Source of the DNA: Candidatus Aegiribacteria sp.
GTDB lineage: Bacteria; Fermentibacterota; Fermentibacteria; Fermentibacterales; JCC-6
Length of the DNA stretch: 31,039 bases
NCBI GenBank assembly: GCA_046498225.1
Contig: JAWOBF010000035.1
Location: 1 to 31,039, forward strand
Reading direction: 5' to 3'
Below are positions 26,676-31,039 of the stretch, piece by piece. The position numbers and the translations under genes were made by a program. Numbering within the stretch: position 1 is the stretch's first letter; each line of letters begins with the position of its first letter. Under the pieces are notes generated by a model. That model was not told the DNA's origin. It made no database searches and saw only the letters and a list, made by a program, of their open reading frames with translations.

Positions 26676-29600
26676 ACCTTCCCGGGCTCGCGGTAAGAAG
26701 GAGCGTCACCTTCCTGATGGTCTTCCTGCTCATGGCCGGGGCGGGAATATTCGCCCTTACCCGGCTGGGAATAGACTATTTCCCCAAGGTGGACCTGGGC
26801 CAGGTGGTTCTTGTGACCGTTCTTCCCGGCGCCGGTCCCTCGGAGGTGGAGGGGCTCCTCACCGAAGTGCTGGAGGACGCCGTCAGCGGGGTCGAGGGCG
26901 TGGAGACCGTGGTATCCACATCCAGGAACAGTGTGAGCATGATAACCCTGGAGCTGAAGAGCGGCGCGGACATAGATCAGGCGGAAGTGGACATCAGGGA
27001 CGCCGTGGACAGGGTGAAGAGCCAGCTGCCCGACGGGGCCGGCGACCCCGTCATCATGGCCATGGAATCCAGCATGAAGCCCCTCATAATGCTCACCTTC
27101 ACCAGCGATATGATGAACACAATGGAGCTGCGGGACCTGGTGGACCGGGAACTTTCCCCCAGGCTTGGCAGGGTGGAGGGCGTATCCTCCGTGGATGTCA
27201 CCGGAGGACAGGTCAGGCAGATCAACGTGGAGGTGAACCCGGTTCTCCTGGGGGAGACCGGCATACCTCTTTCTCAGGTCTACTCGGCCCTGAGCGCCGT
27301 GGAAGGAGACCAGCCCGGCGGGGACGTGAGGGAGGGGGACCTGGAGATGGCGGTGAGCGTCAGGTCCGGCTTCGACGACATTGGGAGCATAAGGAGGCTG
27401 GTAATAGGCAGCGACGGAGGGGGACCGGTCAGGCTGGGCGACGTGGCGGAGGTGGTGGACGGTTACGCTGAGCAGACGGCGTACACTCACCTGAACCAGG
27501 GGGAGGCCATTCTACTGATATTCAGGAAGACCGCCGACGCCAACACCGTCAATACCTGCAACCGGCTGGAATCCGAGATAGAGGAGCTGGCGGAGGAGTA
27601 CTCCGGAGTGCTTGGAACGGAGATAATCTACAATCAGGAGAGATTCATAACCGGTTCCATGAAGGACCTGGCCCTCACCGCCGTACAGGCGGTGCTGCTG
27701 GCAGCCGCGGTCCTCACCTTCTTCCTGGGGTCCGTTTCCAACGCGGGCATAGTCAGTCTCTCCATGCCTCTATCCTTTGTGGCCTCCTTCGCCGCGATGT
27801 ACCTTATCGGCATCGACCTCAACATCATGTCCCTGGCCGGGCTGAGCATATCCGTGGGAATGATAGTGGATAACTCTGTGGTGGTGACGGAGAACATCCA
27901 CAGGTGGCGCAGGGAGGGTAAGGACAGGTTCGAGGCCGCCGAAGGAGGCGCGGCGCAGGTGGGAATGGCGGTCACCGCCTCCACCCTGACCACCGCCGCC
28001 GTATTCGTGCCCATGCTGTTCGTTCCCGGAATCACCGGGAAGATATTCAGTGACCTGAGCCTGACCATAGCCTCGGCGCTGTTCATATCCCTGTTCGTAT
28101 CCCAGTCGCTGATACCCCTGCTCTCGTCCCGGTCGACCGGACTGGTGCGGGAGCATTCAAGCCGGTCACTTTTCGGAAGGATACAGAACTGGCTTCACGT
28201 CCTGGAGGAAAGGTACTCCAGGACCGTAAGGCGGCTCACCGGCAATTCAAGATTCGTTTTCATACCGGTACTCATCCTGTTCGCAGGTTCTCTCCTTCTG
28301 CTGGGGGCCATTCCCAAGACCTACCTGCCGGATCCCAGGGAGGGAGTGATAGACATCGACCTGACCCTCGCCCCGGGCACCGGACTGGACTTCACCGACA
28401 GCGTGCTGGTGGATGTGGAGAGCCGGATACTGGAGGTGATAGAGCCGGAGGACCTGGCGTATTCGTACATGGATATAGGCAAGAGGGAAGGCCTGGGGGC
28501 GCTTTTCGGTTCCGCCTCCTCGGCCGGCGGCGAGATCAACCTCTACCTGGTGGAGGAGCACAGCCGCAGAAGGAGCATCGAGCATTACGAGACGGAGATA
28601 AGGGGGGTCCTGGACCGTTTTCCCGGCATAGAGTACAGCCTTACCAGCGGAATGCCCATAGGCAGCGAGTACCCGGTGAGCGTGGTCATATACGGCAGCG
28701 ACCTCGTCCAGCTCAGGAATCTAGGCCTTATGGTCAAGATGGAGATGCAGAGGATACCGGGTACGGTTGACGTCTCGTCCTCTCTGGAGAACCGCCTGAT
28801 GCAGCTGGATTTCGTCCCCGACGAGGACGTGATGTTCCTCAGGGGGATGTCACCGGTTCGAATAGGCATGGAACTGACTGTCGGCGTTCTGGGCCTGGAC
28901 GCGTCCACCTACACCGAGGGCGACAGGGAATACGACGTCAATCTCCGCTACGCTTCCGAGTACAGGTCAGGCAGAGAGGCCGTGGAGGGCCTCACCGCCT
29001 ACGGCATGCCCCTGGACGCCTGGGGTACCTTCCGGAACGTGCTGGTACCGGAGAAGATAGACAGGAGAGACCGCACAAGGACAGTGCGGGTGGACTGCGG
29101 GATAACCGGCCGGGCGCTGGGAGACGTGGCGCGGGACGTGGAGACGATGATGGACACCCTGAGCCTGAACGGCCACCGGTGGGAGATACTGGGGGACGTG
29201 AAGGAACGGGGAGAGGCCTTCATCAGCATGGGGATAGCAATAGCGGTTGCCCTGATACTGGTCTATATGGTGATGGCGTCACAGTTCGAGTCACTGCTGG
29301 AGCCCTTCATCATAATTATCGAGGTGCCGCTGGCCATGATAGGGGTCATCTGGACACTCTTTCTCACCGGGACCACCATGGGACTCACCGCCCTTGTGGG
29401 CCTTCTGATGCTGGGGGGAATTGTGGTGAACAACGGAATAGTGTTCATCGATTACGCGAACCAGCTCAGGCGCAGCCGGGGAATGACCAGCGTGGACGCC
29501 ATCGTGGAAGCCGGAAGGAACAGGATGAGACCTATCCTGATGACGGCCATAACCACCATACTGGCGCTAATGCCGCTGGCTGTGGGCGCCACCGAGAGCT

Positions 29601-29749
29601 CCGTCATGTGGGCTCCCATGGCCCGCACCGTGGCCGGCGGTCTGGCCGTGGCCACGGCGCTTACCCTGGTAGTGCTGCCCTGCCTCTATGTGAAGCTGGA
29701 CGGCCTGAAGAACCGAAAAGGAAAGGGTGCCGCCTCTCAGTCCTCCTGA
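26672..29749 (+). CDS. RND efflux transporter permease (AcrB/AcrD/AcrF family)
   Basis: 1025 aa; PGAGPSEVE, LNIMSLAGLSISVGMIVDNSVVVTENI, ASTLTTAAVFVP, VYMVMASQFES, GIVVNNGIVFID and RMRPILMTAITTILALMPLA. Confidence 0.95.
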   Translation: MNLPGLAVRRSVTFLMVFLLMAGAGIFALTRLGIDYFPKVDLGQVVLVTVLPGAGPSEVEGLLTEVLEDAVSGVEGVETVVSTSRNSVSMITLELKSGADIDQAEVDIRDAVDRVKSQLPDGAGDPVIMAMESSMKPLIMLTFTSDMMNTMELRDLVDRELSPRLGRVEGVSSVDVTGGQVRQINVEVNPVLLGETGIPLSQVYSALSAVEGDQPGGDVREGDLEMAVSVRSGFDDIGSIRRLVIGSDGGGPVRLGDVAEVVDGYAEQTAYTHLNQGEAILLIFRKTADANTVNTCNRLESEIEELAEEYSGVLGTEIIYNQERFITGSMKDLALTAVQAVLLAAAVLTFFLGSVSNAGIVSLSMPLSFVASFAAMYLIGIDLNIMSLAGLSISVGMIVDNSVVVTENIHRWRREGKDRFEAAEGGAAQVGMAVTASTLTTAAVFVPMLFVPGITGKIFSDLSLTIASALFISLFVSQSLIPLLSSRSTGLVREHSSRSLFGRIQNWLHVLEERYSRTVRRLTGNSRFVFIPVLILFAGSLLLLGAIPKTYLPDPREGVIDIDLTLAPGTGLDFTDSVLVDVESRILEVIEPEDLAYSYMDIGKREGLGALFGSASSAGGEINLYLVEEHSRRRSIEHYETEIRGVLDRFPGIEYSLTSGMPIGSEYPVSVVIYGSDLVQLRNLGLMVKMEMQRIPGTVDVSSSLENRLMQLDFVPDEDVMFLRGMSPVRIGMELTVGVLGLDASTYTEGDREYDVNLRYASEYRSGREAVEGLTAYGMPLDAWGTFRNVLVPEKIDRRDRTRTVRVDCGITGRALGDVARDVETMMDTLSLNGHRWEILGDVKERGEAFISMGIAIAVALILVYMVMASQFESLLEPFIIIIEVPLAMIGVIWTLFLTGTTMGLTALVGLLMLGGIVVNNGIVFIDYANQLRRSRGMTSVDAIVEAGRNRMRPILMTAITTILALMPLAVGATESSVMWAPMARTVAGGLAVATALTLVVLPCLYVKLDGLKNRKGKGAASQSS

Positions 29750-30546
29750 TACATGTGGATGTCCCTCTGGGGAAAGGGAATGGTAATCCCTTCCGAGTCG
29801 AAGGCCTTCTTGATTCTCTCGTTGGTGTCGAAGAAGACGTCCCAGTAATCGGGTGTTTTCACCCATGCTCGAACCGTGAAGTTCACGCTGCTGTCGGCCA
29901 TCTCGGAGAGCCCAACGAAGGGGGCGGGGTCGTCCATTATCCTCTCATCGTCCTTCAGGATACCCATGAGGACCGCCTTCACCCTGTCGATGTCGTCGCT
30001 GTAGCTGACCCCCGCGGTGATGTCCACCCTGCGCGTCTCCCTGTCGGTGTAATTTGTAATGACATCGCTCATTATCCTGGAGTTCGGTATGATCACCGTC
30101 TTGTTGTCGCGGGTACGGACAGTTGTGGTGAGTATGGCTATCTCCTCGATGAAGCCGCTGGAGCCTCCCGCCTCGACGTAGTCACCCCCCTTGAACGGCT
30201 TGAAGATGATCATCAGCACGCCCGAGGCGAAATTCGAGAGCGAACCCTGAAGGGCCAGGCCGATGGCCAGGCCGGCGGCGCCCAGCAGGGCAACGAAGGA
30301 AGCGGTCTGTATTCCCAGCTTGGAGAGGGCGGCAATTACAACGAATGCCAGCAGCAGCGCGTAGAGGATGCTGGTGATGAAGCCCACCAGGGTGGGGTCC
30401 ACGTCCCTCTTCCGCATTATCTTTCGCAGAAGCCTCCTTACGCCGGTGGCGGCGAGCTTGCCCAGCAGGAATATGGCGATGGCGGCCAGTATGTTCAGGC
30501 CGTACAGGGCAGCCAGCTCCTTCACCTGCAGCCAGATGTTCTCCAT
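29737..30546 (-). CDS. mscS: Small-conductance mechanosensitive channel
   Basis: LGIQTASFVALLGAAGLAIGLALQGSLSNFASGV, KPFKGGDYVE, IPNS, GVSYSDDID, ADSSVNF and GITIPFPQRDIH. Confidence 0.95.
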   Translation of the reverse strand: MENIWLQVKELAALYGLNILAAIAIFLLGKLAATGVRRLLRKIMRKRDVDPTLVGFITSILYALLLAFVVIAALSKLGIQTASFVALLGAAGLAIGLALQGSLSNFASGVLMIIFKPFKGGDYVEAGGSSGFIEEIAILTTTVRTRDNKTVIIPNSRIMSDVITNYTDRETRRVDITAGVSYSDDIDRVKAVLMGILKDDERIMDDPAPFVGLSEMADSSVNFTVRAWVKTPDYWDVFFDTNERIKKAFDSEGITIPFPQRDIHMYQED

Positions 30547-30580
30547 TTCAACTCCTCACCCATGGTGGGACAGAATTCGG

Positions 30581-31039
30581 TCAGGGCCTCCAGGTGATTC
30601 CGAAGGATATCAGAGCGAAGCTCTCCTTGAGTTCGTCCGGCTCTCCGGGAACCAGGAAATAGGAGTCCCTGGCCATGGAAGACCAGGCAAAGCCGGTGTC
30701 CAGATCAACCTTCCCCAGCCTCAGACTTGTACCCAGGGAGAGTCCCATCCGGAGTTCAGTATTCACGTTCTCGTAGTTCGGCGTGCCGAACGTCAGGGCG
30801 CCCATAAAACTCAGACTGGACGAGAGGAATCCCCGTCCGAAGAGCTTGACGTCCGTGGAATTCCTTCCGCCCGGGTCTCCCAGCTCCACTTCGGCCCCCA
30901 CTGCTCCCCGCCGGGCCCCATCGGTGTACAGAAGTCCTCCGATGGCTGCCCTGGCGGGATAATCGTCATCCTCCGACGCCCATGACAGACCAATTCGGGC
31001 GAAGTCCAGGGGCAGCTCCATTCCGGCGTGCCAGCAGAA
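30581..31039 (-). CDS. C-terminal part of a probable outer-membrane beta-barrel protein (FadL/PorV-like possible); 5' end outside the window
   Basis: The frame is open to the window edge (FCWHAGMELP...). Alternating hydrophobic strands: VGAEVEL, MGLSLGTSLRLGKVDLDTGFAW and terminal LISFGITWRP. Confidence 0.55.
   Translation of the reverse strand, partial: FCWHAGMELPLDFARIGLSWASEDDDYPARAAIGGLLYTDGARRGAVGAEVELGDPGGRNSTDVKLFGRGFLSSSLSFMGALTFGTPNYENVNTELRMGLSLGTSLRLGKVDLDTGFAWSSMARDSYFLVPGEPDELKESFALISFGITWRP

Noticed and set aside
1..31039. CRISPR arrays, tRNA/rRNA, IS elements, prophage or defence genes
   Set aside because: No repeat-spacer pattern, transposase or integrase motifs were seen, and all intergenic gaps are under about 240 bp.

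Overview
This is a gene-dense, GC-rich bacterial window with 26 CDS, two of them truncated at the edges. I found no RNA genes, CRISPR arrays or mobile elements. Left, on the minus strand: a POTRA-less Omp85/BamA-like barrel, adenosine deaminase, XdhC/CoxI and apolipoprotein N-acyltransferase (lnt, partial). Centre, on the plus strand (4708-22486): one tightly coupled 15-gene surface-glycan operon. It encodes a polyprenol-phosphate sugar synthase, a FemAB-like GNAT, a GT-C membrane transferase, GT-B and GT2 enzymes, a Wzx flippase, MurB, an Rmd-like reductase, RmlA, RmlB, UDP-GlcA decarboxylase, a Wza/SLBB exporter and a Wzz-like co-polymerase. Two paralogous secreted beta-propeller proteins with T9SS-type C-terminal domains (PorZ-like) are embedded in it. 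Right: a Gate-domain membrane protein, a CCA-adding enzyme, a TetR/RND efflux unit with a clear promoter and operator, MscS and a partial outer-membrane barrel. The best candidate for a new system is a single operon that builds an aminoacylated glycan and co-encodes PorZ-like proteins, which in Bacteroidota deliver the anchoring glycolipid to type IX-secreted cargo. The host is probably a diderm of the FCB group, possibly a candidate phylum such as Fermentibacterota; this is an impression, not a verified result. All product calls come from motif recognition without database searches.
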